A stretch of DNA of 64,000 nt from positions 14,322,001 to 14,386,000 of the forward strand of contig OZ316776.1 of assembly GCA_973851085.1 (NCBI GenBank), written 5' to 3'. This document shows, piece by piece, positions 1 through 16,800 of this stretch. This stretch comes from Ptychomitrium polyphyllum. Taxonomy: Eukaryota. Below the pieces are notes generated by a model. That model saw only the letters and a program-made list of their open reading frames with translations, had not been told where the DNA came from and did not search any database. Within the stretch, counting starts at the first letter, position 1, and each line of letters opens with the position of its first letter. The position numbers were made by a program, and so were the translations under genes.

Positions 1-1089
1 AAGTGATCACGCAACACTTTCTTGGGATGCTCTACAAAAATCCTTCTTGATATCCTGGAGTGCTTCAACAATTCCGCCACCTTAATTAGCTTCTTCTCGA
101 CGAGCAGAATCTCCCATATGCTAACCTTAATCTGCAATTTTATGTAGTCCAACATAAAACTCCCTGCCGGTATGGTCCGGATACTAGATGCAAGTCCATA
201 ATATTCCACATAAAACAAGCAACACAAGCTCACTTCCAGCAGCAATTTATCGCTTCGAGAAGGTGGTGGAGTCAATTTTACATCAATATAGTTCCATGCA
301 TCAGTCTCAGTGTCACAGGGATACAATTTAGGAGAGCACGGTGCCGCCGACGTCTCCACAAACAAAGCATAAAAAACGACTTGCACGAAGAGGCTCGCAC
401 AGGCACGGTACTTATCTTCTGGAGGCGCTTCATAAAGCTTCCTCCACTGCATGCTGTGGAATCGTACATGTAAACTTAATTCGATGGAAGCCCTTGCTCA
501 CAGGGTTGCACCTAATGTGGTGCTCGAGAGGAGCGCCCGTCCCAAAACCATAGAAAATTGCATAGACGACTACTTCATTGACAGCTATAGTGTCCTTAAA
601 CCACCTACCCTTGTGCACTTGAGTTTGAAACATAACCAGCAATAAAAGAATCACTCAGCCTGAAGAACCGCTCCTCGGCCATGTCCAGCATTTCCTAATC
701 CATTCTCGTTTGTGCCTTCGCGGCCTTAACGTCCACCACTTTAGGCGTGAAAAGAACATACGATGCTTGCCGAGGCGCTTGCGCACATATAGACTCAAAT
801 CGAGGCTGACTTATAACTTGATTCCAGTTCCTGCAGATCAGTCGGGACCGGCACAAGACATGTACACGAAGGCAAACAAACACATATTCCAGAATTCCCA
901 GGAGGCAAATCTCTCCACACTCTCGCTATGATCGCCATACCAGAATCCGACTTCCTCAATGTGCTGATAATTTTCTCTAAGACCGTTCGATCTTAAATCT
1001 CCTGCTTTTGACTCAAGGTCATCCCTCAGCTGGAAAAACACATCAAATTCAAGATTGCTGTAATTGTGTCATCCCTCCATGTCGTCCAT
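1..1089 (-). pseudogene. F-box (F-box/kelch-type) pseudogene, runs off the window start
   Basis: Minus-strand reading across a frameshift near 895 gives VWRDLPPG/ILEYVFVCLRVHVLCRSRLICRNWNQVISQPRF, an F-box motif. It is followed by CNPVSKGF (cf. CNPLT of plant F-box proteins) and IWEILL..KVAEL. There are several in-frame stops and frameshifts and no evident introns. Confidence 0.7.
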
Positions 1090-1423
1090 CGATAAACTAA
1101 TTCCTTCGAGACCCGTTACAAATAACACAGCCGAGCTGAAATTTGGTCTACAGATTGAAGTAGGGTCTACTAGAAACCGAACTTAAAGAAAGGTACGCTA
1201 ACATACACGTCTTTGCAGTTATCTCATCCTTCCAACGTAAAGCTTTTCGACAACTTCTACAAACGCTCTACAAACGCCAAGTTTCAAGTTGGACTGTGGA
1301 AAATGGATAAAGACAAGCTTAGTACCTTGAGACAGGAAGCTGAGTAGCCCCAAATTGTAGTCATGCATGGCCAACACAGTCGAGCGTCTCCGGAGTCCGC
1401 ACAACGCAGCCGACTGCGCCCTT

Positions 1424-1471
1424 GCCGACAGAGCCATGCACCGACAGAGCGATGCACCGACAGAGCCATGC
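1424..1471 (+). repeat. 16-bp tandem repeat x3 (CCGACAGAGC[C/G]ATGCA)
   Basis: ccgacagagccatgca ccgacagagcgatgca ccgacagagccatgca read directly. Confidence 0.85.
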
Positions 1472-4289
1472 AAGGTTGCGATTCTAGAACATGCGGTACG
1501 GACAACGAGTTCTTTTTCTTTCCTTTTCTTTTTTTCAGAAACAATTATTCAGTTATTTGATGAAACTGAAATTCATCACTCAAATGGAACTCTAGACAAC
1601 CCTCTTGAAAATCAATGAGGGAGGAATCTTTTGTTTGTGTGGTTGAGAAAGGTAGGATAATATACTAAAGCTAGGTGCAAGGCTTAGTAGTACTGCTTAA
1701 TTTTACATTTAAAAAAAAACTTAAGATGCCATTATACATCCGAGAATTTTTAAACATCCTTAATTATTGAGCTTTAAGATTGATAAATTTTTTGAAATTT
1801 TTTATGACTTTCTTTCACTTAATCTTATTGTATTATTTTTAAGTTTGGAACATCAATTAATGACATGTAGCCATTGTTCTTGTTTTATTAGCAAGCTATA
1901 ATTAGTAGGCTTATGCCATTTGAAGCCAAATGCCCAAATATTATAGCCAATTTGGATACATTATGAACTTGTGTACATCCTAGAAATAATTTTTCTTTAA
2001 AAAAAAGTACACATGTTCACTTTGATATGTTCAAGTTCTTTCTTCCTACTATCTTATAAGAATCAGGGAGCCTTTATTTTTCTACACAACTTCTTATCAG
2101 TGATGGTAAGGGACTTAAGTTGTAAGGACATGCATGTAGGGCAAATGCAAATGATAAAAAAGATGGAAATGGTAAGAAGGTTGGTTACTACAAATTCTAA
2201 TTGTACTATAATCCATGGTCAAATTTGTGGGATAAATATAAAAGAATGAATTGATGTTTTTACTTCATTTCATTTGTTATTCATCCATGTGGAAACAAGT
2301 GAAGGTATCAATCTACTCTAGGCCACGTCCAATTATAATTTTATATATAACTTGTTGACTCATAATTAACTATTTTTCAAATGAAAACTTCAATCATATA
2401 TTTTTGTTATTCTAAATTTCTTTATTATACTTTAAATATAATGATTAGTCTTTTAATTTTTCTTTCAAAATTTGAAAATATAATAACCAAATTTCTAATA
2501 AAATTAAGATAAATGGCCTTGTTCCATCTAAGTATCATATGAATATTAATAGAAATGTAATTAAATAATATTTAAAAAAAAAAATCCATTGCATAATAGT
2601 GTTCAAATTATCTTTGCTAAAGCATTGAGATTTATAACCATGGTAATTTACATATAAACATAAATATAAATAAATGAATATATATATATATATTTTTACA
2701 CAATTATGAAATCTAGTGCATAAAATGGATATTTTAAATTTAGAAAGAATTGGATTGTAAAAATTTAATAACATTATCTTTAAAAAAATTAATAAATTAG
2801 TATCTATTAGGACATGTTTCATAGTATATGTGATACCCTTGTGCTAATAAAGTATATTTGTATTAGATCTTTTAATTGTTCATCTAAAAATGATAAAAGT
2901 GAATACATTCAATTGTTCAAATAGACTACAACATTAATATAATATTGTATCAGGCATACTAATTTTTTATGCCACACCATGCTTTCTAGGAAATATATTG
3001 ATACTATTCATTATAAAAGATTTGTATAAACATAATTAATAATTTTAAAAAAAAAACTCTAATAGAGTGGTGAAAACTAAATCATACAATTAATGTATAT
3101 TATTTAAAGGGCCTGAAACAAAGAATTTTTTAATTTTCCTCTTCAGTTATATATATTAACTACTTCATCCATTTCATATTCTTTTTAACGTATACTTCTT
3201 CTTTGTTGTTTTTTGTAAAGGAAAACACTGCTTTTACTTTTAATTATTAGCTATTATATACTCTAATTTGCCTTTGTCGTTAGATTTTGGCTCGTTTTTC
3301 TAGTGATCGACTTCTAAGTGGCTTAAGTATCATAAAGTAACTTGCTTTTTCACTATAGTGATCATGGGAAATTTCTAGCAAAAAATAATAACATAAAAAA
3401 AAAGCATTTTTATTATCTCCTCTGAGCTCGTCCTTAATACTTCGAACATGGCGCATTCTATTCAAATTTACAATATAATGAAGGAAGCACGAAAAGTAGT
3501 TACGCTGCGTTTTAGTCATCAAGCAAGTGATGCCATAGGATCCTCGATAGCAGAATTTACTCTGCAGTTTAGAACGTATGAAACGAATTTGAGATAGTCA
3601 AAGTAGGCTTTTGACAAGGACGCCACTAAGCTAACATTGAAGACAGTATGGTTTTTAGTATATCCCCCTTTCGGTTTCATATTTTGCGTGGAGTACCTCT
3701 TCCACTTACAGATTGTTTCCATGCTTCTATCTGGGTGCCTGTGATACCGTAAAAAAAAAATATATATACAGTCTTTATTTAAATTTTAAATTTCTTTTGT
3801 TTGCCAACCACCAGTGTGATGTTCATGTAATCTAAATTCCTTTACTTTACACATCTTTAAGGTTTTTTCCTAAGCTTCTAGAAATTTTCCTGATTGTTTC
3901 CTGTTGTTTTTGATTTGTTAAAGTGATTTAAAAAAATCCCCTGCTTTGAATTTGTTGATGTAATATTCTTAAAAAAAATTATAAATACATTTTAGGTACA
4001 ATTGCAAAAAAATTCTGTTAAATGACAGTTGTCCTAAAACCAAAACCTTCATTCTGAAAAGAACTGTGCACCACCTCCTTGACTGAGTAGACAAATTTGG
4101 GAAAACCATGAACCTCAGATCTTCGCTTGTATTACTTTTCTTATTTTTCAAAGTTTCAGCTACTGCACATGAAGGTTGGTTTTTATGAAATCCTGATGTC
4201 TATGTCCTGTGTCCACTGAACATGTGTATAATTGATTTCAATTTATGCAAACCCTGTTACTTCAATTTTACTAAGCTGACTTCATGTGA

Positions 4290-4960
4290 ATCCAGTATTT
4301 GGCGGCCCCCACATCTTCTAGATGTAACGCACATCGAGAAGAATGCGTGTGCAGCCATGTTTAGAATTTTCTCGAATTTTAAGGGAACGAAAGTAGACAG
4401 AGTGGACGTTCGACAAGCATTTGAAGAGATGAAGATGCCATCATTTAACGCCTTGGAGAGCTGTTCCAACAGTTTTGTTCCAAAGTGATCAAGAAATCAG
4501 ACATTCTTATCAGAAGACTGTTGGTGACGGAGATTTTGGTCGACAGAGTATCACTTGCCATCCAGCATCTGGGACATCCAGTTTCATTTGATCCAGCACC
4601 TTGTAGATGAGGTCGAGTTTTGTGGTCCTCAATCGGCACCCTGAAAGTGTTTATGGAAAGGTTCATGAAGGTACTGAACTCATTCCAGGAACAGGGCACG
4701 GGAAGAGACCTCGATTGCAGAAGGTTACCTTTGCTTTGAGGCCATGATTTACATCAACGAGTATATGCTGCGCCTCAACTAAAAAGTACCTGGACTATGG
4801 AAGTCAGGAGAGGACGCTCACCTTTACGAAGAGCTTCCAGCGAAAGAGATGACGGCGAAGACGCGACAGAGATGAAGACAATTTGTAGGCCAGAGGTTGA
4901 ACTACATTCGCTTTGACCTGGGGTTCACTATTACGTCATCTGCCTCAATGGAGACCAGGT
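4290..4960 (+). mobile_element. CACTA (En/Spm) transposase relic (Tnp2/DUF4218-type region)
   Basis: HLLDVTHIEKNAC (cf. HxLDVMHIEKNV), LPSSIWDIQFHLIQHLVDEVEFCGP (cf. FPPSFFDIMxHLxxHLVxExxLCGP), FMERFMKVLN and RNRAREETSIAEGYL (cf. RNRARPEGSIAEGY). The motifs are joined by frameshifts and stops. Confidence 0.8.
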
Positions 4961-6149
4961 GCCTTTCGCGTCGCCTCGGCTACGCTGGCTGAATGACAAC
5001 CTCAGGGGCGACTGTTTCCTCTGTCGCGTCCTCGTCGTCATCTCTTTCGCGGGTGTAATAATTAATGAAGTGAATCTGGTTCGGCCTCCGGACACATACC
5101 CAAGCTGCCCACTGGTCCACCCTGCAAAACGATGGACTGAATATAGAATTTTTTTGCAGAGATATCAAAGACAGTAACGAAGCTTTGAATCCAGAGTACC
5201 AGGATAAACCAACAATGGGGTATGAGGCATCTGACAGAGGAAGCATGACTGGTCTTTTGGTTGCTGGCTTTTCAGACGAAGCGGGCATCAGTTCCGCCTT
5301 TCCACACCCTTTTGAGGTAGTTGGAAGTAACAGGAAGGCCAGAGCTGGATTGCTCTCGAAGCTCACGTATGGAACAAGTCGTGGAAATCTGTTGTCGAAG
5401 GGCCTCACGCGTTTTGCGATTATTGGTTGAATAGCCTAGCAAAGGCCTCATGGAAGTGGGATCGCATCTTATTTAGACCTAGTAAACCTAGGCAGGCAAA
5501 TCTTAAACCTTGCAGGGTCATGTTATCAGAATTTTATTTACACGAAAAGAGGAGCAAGTTAGAGCCAGAACCTGTTTCCAAATGTTTCATTTGTGAAGAA
5601 CAAGCACATCTATGTGCTCATGTGTATTACAAATTGATTTCAGACTGAGCTCCTTAGTAATCATAGACAACCTGGGTTCCTTCAATCCTATCTGGTAACA
5701 GTTCAACGGTGTATTTTCAAAGAACGTGGTAATATGAGTTTTGGCTTAGAGAAGGTTGTATTGAGCTGTGGTTACACTGAGGTGGAATCTGTTTCTGTGA
5801 AGGATGCTAACGGGATTCCCAGATGTAGTTCGTTGTTCAAGCAAGCTGTAGGTTGCAGCACCAGTCCCGCAGTGATTACGACTGTAAAGATGTGCTCAGA
5901 ACACTCTTTAGGCTAGCTAACACCCCATACATTAGTGAAAAATTCTTCACGGCAAAGATACTTCTCATAAATTCAAGGCTCATCATGTCTCAACTCATGC
6001 AAAGCCATTCAAACATCTTCACTACTGAGGCTATAGCCTGAACCAGGAAATTAGTAAGATTCTTCATTCCAATGGCATCATTATATACATGGCCAACTTC
6101 GACAAGTATACCCAACACTGTGTTGGTAAATAAAAAGCAAGGTCTGGAT

Positions 6150-8828
<2,679 letters not shown>

Positions 8829-11800
8829 ACTTGCCTCTCCTATCAGCTCCAACACGCTTTTAAGACTTCTTTTAAACTGATCAATACAGCAGTAATACTC
8901 GGCGTCTCAGCACTGTCATCAAAACAAATGTAGTGATCAAGAATAGCCAGGCAGTGAGTAGTCTAGGCATGGATGGGAAGAAATATGTTGCAAGTATCTA
9001 GGAAAAGAGGGAACAAGGAGATATTCAACCAATTCGAGGAGTAAGCTTCTTGCACTATATCTGGACAAATCCCTATTTTCAGAGGAGGAATCTAAGGTGT
9101 ATGTTGGATTTGATAAACCTAGAAGGAAATTGCGGAGCACGAACTTCTGTGAACTCTGATGGCATCGCTACTATTGTAGTTCCATGTGAATTCCAGTGGA
9201 GAGGATGGAAAACGTGACACTAAGTGGATCACGGAGATCTTCAACCTCCACCAGGCTCAAAACTTCATCATGGGTTACGTACCTGCAGACTCAAAATTTG
9301 CCACAATCCTGGAGCAGTCGTTGTAGGAGAATCTCAACCTCTTTTATGAGGCCAGCCTGAGATATAGTTCTCGGGAGTCTAAATCCAGCATCACCCGGTC
9401 TATCAGGGAAAAACTGTGGTGTTGCTCGAATCTCGATCACGTACGATATCCTGTGAAAAAACATAACTTCAGATTCAACCGGTAGTCAACAGGGGATCAA
9501 CCAAACTATTGCGTGGCACGAATTCTGTGGTCAAAACATGCAGACACACAACCATGGTTGCTTTTGAGAAATTACTGTTCACCACTATCATGACCAAGCC
9601 TTTATATGATCGATCTGTTGTGACGAGACTACAAGGTCCAAGTCTCTCCCTTCGGTTCAACAAAATACTTACAATGTATTATGTTGTTAGGGATTTTCTT
9701 CTTGAAAATCGTTTCAGAAGGGAAACTTAATACACTTGTGGATCACGGATCGAGTGAATGATTTTGTTTCCTAGATGTGCCAGTCAAAAGACGACTCAAT
9801 GACAAGCAATCATGCAAGTGGTACTTGCAGGTGAAGTTCGAAGCCCCAACTCCGAATACCAATGGTGAAACCGAAGCCCAGCGACCCCAAATATCAGAAC
9901 TTTTAGACCAAAAGACCACCAGATACTCAGACTGCTCACACTCAGCCATTGCCTTGCATGAGTTGTGAATCATGGCTCTGGTCCATAATAACTCAAAGGT
10001 ATTTGCAAAGATAGAACCAAGGTAGCAACCGTAAGAAGATAGTGTATAAAAACGACTCAAGCAGGCACTATCCCCGTACCATCTCCAGAACTCAAAAAAA
10101 TGAGCTACCATTGTTTAATAGGTTGTACACACAGCAACGCTAGCTGGCGTTTTATGACAGCGCGACTTTGAAAGTGGCAGCAACCAGCTAACGCAGCTTT
10201 ATAGGTCAACGGCAAGCTGCAGCCATTTATGCTACTCTTGCGGAACTGATGCTGTGGGAAATTTGAGAGTCGGAAGAAGTCAGGACGTTCAATACCCCAA
10301 ATTTCTTTTTGTGAACCAGTTCACACTTATTTGGACTCATGTAATAATTTGATAACAGTGTACTACTGCATGTATGTGAGTGGGCCACCGCTTTTGGAAA
10401 CTCCTTTTTGAAGGACTTTTGGCCGGTTTTGTGCCCTTTTGAATTAGCATGGCGAGGCATCAAGCTTGTCTTTTGTTTTCCTTGTGAAGGTGTATTGCAA
10501 CTTTTATAAATCTAATGTGAACGTACCAGTCCTCTTTCTTGCTTTTTGTGACTTCCTCAACTGTACATTCCGCCTCTATAAGAAAAACCGTCTGGATTGC
10601 TGATGCACTTTCAATTTGAGTCAACGTGGCATCTGTTGACGCTGTGTCTGTTGAAAATAACATTTCAATTGAACCTTGACTGAAGAACTCGTATCTCTTT
10701 GAGGCTGTTATGAATCAAGAGGGATAGTCCTTCTAAACTTGCTAATCATGGTAATCCCTCTGATCAGAACTGGTATGAATCTAAGTACATACATATACAG
10801 CAGTGTCGGAAGGGTTATAGTGTATTGCATTTCCGCTGAATACAACTGCTACCATAGCCAAGCAGAGCTTCTGCTCGTGTAAACAGAACTTTGTGGGCCA
10901 CACAACATTTTAGTTAAGCTTGATTCCTCGTAACCACTGCACAATCTGTCTTAGATATAAATTCAAGTTGGAAATGGAGGAATTCTGTGAGATCCCCATT
11001 TTAGAAAGATGTTTTTATGTAAAGGAAGCATGTTTTTGAAATTCACCATACATTTTTAAGTTAATTATTAAAATTCAAAATAGGAAGATCCAAAATATGA
11101 TCCTAGATGCACCTAGAATCATGGAAAAGATGTATCTATGACACATGGAAATATCAATAGGTGCTTTGCACAATTCTACTTTTGGTTTCAGATACTATGT
11201 ACTCAGTGTGTGCTTGGCCTCTAAAAGAACAAGGACAATAGTGGGGTATCTATCTAGGATAATCTGCATGTATTAGATTCATGATCTTGCTTTTGAGATA
11301 ATTAGAATTGAACATGTCAAGGAGGGCGTGCAACATGTACACATATTTTTGAAAAATGTGATAAGTGATTCAAAAAATAATGATATTGTTGAAATCTATT
11401 GGCGATGCAATGCTACTAGTTGATTATTGAAACCCTACAATTCTTTTAGGCAAGCATCAAATTTTTGACTTTTTCTTTTCAAGTGCGAACAAAGAAAGTT
11501 TTAGTGCAAAATCAAATTATCCCATTTTACTTTCATACAGAGGATTGAACCAAATCTCAAGGAATCAGCAACCGCAAGTTTATGGATACAGTAAGAGCTG
11601 CTTTACTTCCTCTGGCAAAATGACCCCTTTACAATGTCAAAGGCATTCGAGTATGTGGAGGGATTTTACAGTGAGCTGCAAGTGGTTGTGGTAGTCCAGA
11701 AACAACAAGAGTATTCATTCTTTCACGTCATCCTAATATGTCGTTTTAAGAACAATGCGTCGTGTGCCGTTAGTTTGTTGTTTCTCACAACAAACTCTCA

Positions 11801-13194
11801 TCCGTACGTGATGCAAATTGGATGATTTCCGTTAACTACCCTTCGCTTCCATATGTGGTTCACCATTCTACATTATTGCTGGCTCAGCTGCTTGCACAGC
11901 TCATGAAGCACAGCAATATCGATTTGAGTACAGAGTTGATAAAGATTCACGTATGGAATTAATGGCAACGCAAGCACACAGTGGATGATTGAAGCACAGA
12001 AGAAATGATCCATGCACGGAGTGGATGGTTCAAGCACTGCGTAGATGATTTTAGCAACATGATGCTGAATCTCAATAGGCTACCCTGCGCTCAGAATTGT
12101 GAAGTTTGTAACCCGCACATGACCACTGTGCAAGCAATCCTTGTGAATAACATCAAGGGGCACATTTTATCACAAATCATTAAAAATTGACGAGTATGGA
12201 AAACTTCATTGCTGGAGGTAAGAATTACACTGCGGACGATGTTGTTTGGAGGTGCCGTTATGAAGGTTGGGTTTAGCAATGACATGGAGTAGAGATTGGT
12301 TTTTCCTGGGCTGAATGTAGTACTACGATTAAATAGGGAATATCTTTGCAATGGTTCTAAAGAAGAGGTTGGTCTCCATGCTTGAAGAATCCAATTCTTA
12401 GGATTATGGTTATGTTAAATCCTAAGATATTATATTGGAAAATTTTAGAATAAAAACGTAAAATAAATAAATGAATAAAGAATTATAAAATATGGTAACT
12501 ATAATAATCTTTAAAAACTAGAGTAAATAAAGAGATTGTTCTATTAAAATCCAATACTTACATCTTCAAGCTTTAAAGAGGTAATTTAACAATTCTGATT
12601 TTATAAAAAAGTGGTATCATTATTATACTATAAATACGAATGTGTGTATATATATGTATATGCCTATATGTATACATATAAATGCATTGAAACAAACTAT
12701 TAGTTCATAAGAATCCAAATTCTAGAAATTCATCATAATTACTTAAATTATGGTCATTGTCAATTCTTCCACCAATAGAAGGAATAGATTCAACATAATT
12801 GTTGTGAATTGATAAGCTCTTCATATAAAAAGCAACCTTTATTTGAACTATGGACAATTTGTAAAGATTTTAATACAATAAGGCTAAAAAATATTGTTTA
12901 AATTTCCAATGGAACTAACTTGATATTCTAAACCTTTTATAGCTATCGTTCACATCACAATTGCATGTATGATTAAAAGGCATTAATATTATGTGATAAC
13001 GAACAATGATAAGGATATATCAATTTCAATTCAGTTCCTTTGAAAAAACAAAAGACTCTTTATTATTAATTTGCTTGTTTTTCAATAGTTTTTTACTCCA
13101 ATGTGAATTAAGTTGATCTTTTTTTTGAAAGCATTGGAGACTAAACACTAAATTCCATAGGCAGAAGAACAATTATAATTTTAGACTTTTCAAG

Positions 13195-13372
13195 GCTCAT
13201 CCAAGCACCATGCAAGCTTCATCCAAGTGCCATGCTAGAATCGTCCAAGTAGTATTCAAGCACATCCAAGTATCAATCAAGGACCATCGAAAGATCAAGC
13301 ATATCCAAGTAGCAACCAAGAATCATCCAAAAGCATCCAAGGATCATCCAACGATCACCAAAGGATCACCTG
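13195..13372 (+). repeat. Degenerate short-period (~11-12 bp) ATCCAAG-core repeat upstream of the AP-2 alpha gene
   Basis: Recurrent catccaag/atccaag/atcaag/accaag units, e.g. catccaagcacc, catccaagtgcc, catccaagtatc, tatccaagtagc, catccaaggatc. Confidence 0.6.
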
Positions 13373-13814
13373 ATTCCCAGTACGAAATCCAAGAACAGTC
13401 GATAAAACATTCTCAAAATATCCACCTACGGAATTGTTCGGCACATACCCGCCGCGCTAAAAAACCGGGTGCGGACGAGACCGCCACCACACCCGCTGAC
13501 GAACGGCCCGGACGGACAAGGCGAGCGAGAGAGCCTAGAACGCGGCAGAGAGGCCCTGCGAGAGGCACCCCCGCACACCCGAGAGCCAGCGAGCCAGCGA
13601 GACAGCCAGACAGCGAGCGCGTGATCGCCGTCCCTACGGAGCCACAGCACCTCTGGAACTCCCTGCGTTGTCGCCCTGCAACTCCTACATCGTCGCAATG
13701 CCGCGCTGAAAACCTCCCCCCCCACATCGCCGCTTTTACACAGGCCTGCGAGGGCCGCATCCTCACCGCCGGAGCGCCCGAAAGGCATCAGCCTGGTGGG
13801 CAGCCGTGTCCGGA

Positions 13815-16800
13815 ATGGCGCTCTCGGGAATGCGAGGGCTCTCCACGTTCATCAGCGACGTCCGGAATTGCCAGAACAAGGAGGCGGAGCGCTCACGCGT
13901 CGACAAGGAGCTCGCTAACATCCGCACCAAGTTCAAGAATGACAAGGTCAGGCTCGTCGTGTTTGTTTTCTTTGCTTGTTGGGTGGGTGGGTGGGTTTTT
14001 GTTTTGTGAGGTTGAAGGGTTAGATCTTGAGGTTTGGGAGTGTGGGGTGGGGGGGGGCCGGGGGGCCGTGGGATCTAGAACCATCCCCAGGCCGGTATGA
14101 GTGTTTGCGCATGTGATCGCTGAGGTGATGGCAAATAATGTATGTCATTGGTGTGGGTTATTTTTGGGATTGGAGTGAAGGAGGTGTTGGGAGGGTTGCG
14201 TGGAGGAGGGGAGATCGGATGGGTGGAGAGATCTTTAGGGTTTTTCTGCGTGGGATGGAGTAGTTGTTAGAGTCACAGTAGGGTAAGTTTGTTGATTGCT
14301 ATCAAAGGTAGGGGGCCATTTTGGAGGAAGCTTACGATGTTGTTGGAGGTTTCAGAATGGTGATCGGCTTTGCGTTTCTGATGAAGGGCTTGGCAGTAAT
14401 GGGTCTACTGATCAGGGTTGACATTTGGGATCATGTGAAGTGGAAGATTAGACGTGAGGTAGTCCGTTGATGTGTTCTAAATGGAGTCTGGCGTCGAGCA
14501 GCTTGAAATTGGGGCTCTTCAAGCGCTGTCTATTGCTGTTAATGCGTAGTAGATGTGGAGAGATTTTGCTGTCTTTCTCCATTCTAGGGGTTGTTTTGGG
14601 CATCTGGTGATGTTGTATATTAGGCCCATGTTGGTCCGCTCATTTTCATTCAGTATTATTGCTCTAGTTTTTTTGCGTGTTGCGTTACTGTCCAGCAGGA
14701 TTAAGTGCACACAATCTCTTACAATGTTCCCATTGTCACAAGGTGACCTAATCTGGTAGGTGTTTTATTGGTTCATTTAGATATGGACTGGTTTTATTTT
14801 GTGGAAAAACATATAAGGGTCATTGACGTTAGAATTTAGGAAGAAGGAAGGCAGCGAATTAGGTCGAATCGAGATTTTTGAATGTGGGACCACTGATGCA
14901 ACTATGACTTGCGGATCTAGAATTAAGTGAAACCGTGGATAACTAGACTGTCATGGAGATTATTCAACTTACGGTTTAATTTGTGACGAAGAACACGATA
15001 TCATCACCTTTTGGCTTTTTAGGTCGTTTAAAATTTGTACTATTGTCTTGATGCGGGGAAACAGATCATGTTCGTTTCTCGATGTCGCATAAACTATTGA
15101 CCTAAGTTACTTAATATTTTGTTACCGGTCAGAAAAGATTGAAGTATTCATTACTCACATCTGTCAAACTTGAAAGTATTGTTGGTGCATCAGTTGATAA
15201 TGCTGACCATTGTGAACGCTCTCCTAAGGACTGTTGTCTGGCAATTTTTGTTGTGATCTGCAGGGATTGGACCTAAAAGAGAAAAAGAAGTATGTGTGGA
15301 AAATGCTCTACATTTACATGCTTGGTTATGATGTGGACTTTGGACATATGGAGACTGTCTCTCTTATTTCAGCACCCAAGTATCCAGAGAAACAGGTTCA
15401 GTTTTTCACCCTATTTTAGGTGCGCCTAGATTCACGTTTAGATGGTCTGGTTGTGCTTGTCTATAACATTTCTTGAAAGTCGAAAGTTTACTGTCACAAC
15501 CCCTTCAAGCTTTAAATTGATGATAACATATTATATACATGATTACTAAGTAAGAAACACCGAAGGGCGTCACATTTTAATCGCTCGGTTCTTGCAGTCA
15601 AAGTGACGATTTCACAATTCGTTGATGGATGGGAACAGGTTGGATATATTGTGACTTCTTGCCTCTTGAACGAGAACCACGACTTCCTTAGATTGGTCAT
15701 CAACACTGTTCGGAACGACATTATTGGCAACAATGAAACCTTTCAGTGTCTTGCGTTAACTATGGTATGTATTATTCTCATCGTTTTCCTCTATAGTAAC
15801 TTCTTTTCATCGAGATTACAGCATTCTTGTGATCCATTCACTTGTCTTCGTCGATGTAATGCTCTTGGGCCACTGCTTTTCATATTGAGCATACGTTATC
15901 TTTGTGTTTGATAGATACATTTTCATATTGTCATACCTGTGGTGAATCTGAGAAATGTAGAACTTATGCGAGAGTGTATCTATTCTTTTAGGATAACATG
16001 TAATGTCTATATTTCTGGCTCATATATGTGGACTGACCATTCATCGTGTGGTAACCAAACAGGTTGGCAATATTGGTGGCAGGGATTTTTCTGAATCTTT
16101 AGCTCCAGACGTACAGAAACTATTGGTAAGCCCTATCTACTATTTGTTATAGTAATTCCTAAGGTTGCTTTCTTATTTTCACTGTCCGTGCTTAGGTCTT
16201 CGTTCCACTAAATTCTGGGCTAGAATAGGCAGTAACGTTGCCAAGAATACCTTCAAAAATAGAACAGTGACGAGTATTGAGACTCTGTTATTTTATACGA
16301 ATGATTTCTTTTTGAGCGTACTCATCTGGAATTTGGTTGTCTGTAATGCAGCTTTCAAGCTCCTGCAGGCCTGTAGTTCGGAAAAAAGCAGCACTTTGCT
16401 TGCTCCGACTCTATCGCAAGAATCCCGATGTTGTGAATGTTGATGGCTGGTAAATTATTCATTTGCTAATTCCGTATTTAAGAACTTAGATATTACCAAT
16501 CCGGGTTGTAGATCTGCATGAATGAGGTCACGCATTAGATTGTGTTGTTGGTCCAGACAGCTTTGCAGGCTTTGTTCTTTTCTTTGTCTTGGAATCTACC
16601 AGTATTTCACCAATGTGCAACTTGACGAATGGAAATGTTTGCTAGTAACAATGCAAAGCTGCGGGAAGCAGGTCAGAGCGCATGGTTCACTTGCTGGATG
16701 AGAAAGACATTGGAGTGCTGACAGCTGTAATGAGCTTGCTAGTCTCTCTAGTGGCCAATACACCAGAGGCTTACTGGAACTGCGTGCCCAAGTGTGTTCG

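Noticed and set aside
4980..5430. 142-aa minus-strand ORF and overlapping plus-strand ORFs
   Set aside because: Non-ATG start, no recognisable domain and no splice context.
13210..14100. 296-aa ORF on the + strand
   Set aside because: It runs through a repeat tract, the GC-rich 5' UTR, AP2A exon 1 in another frame and intron 1. It is low-complexity with no domain.
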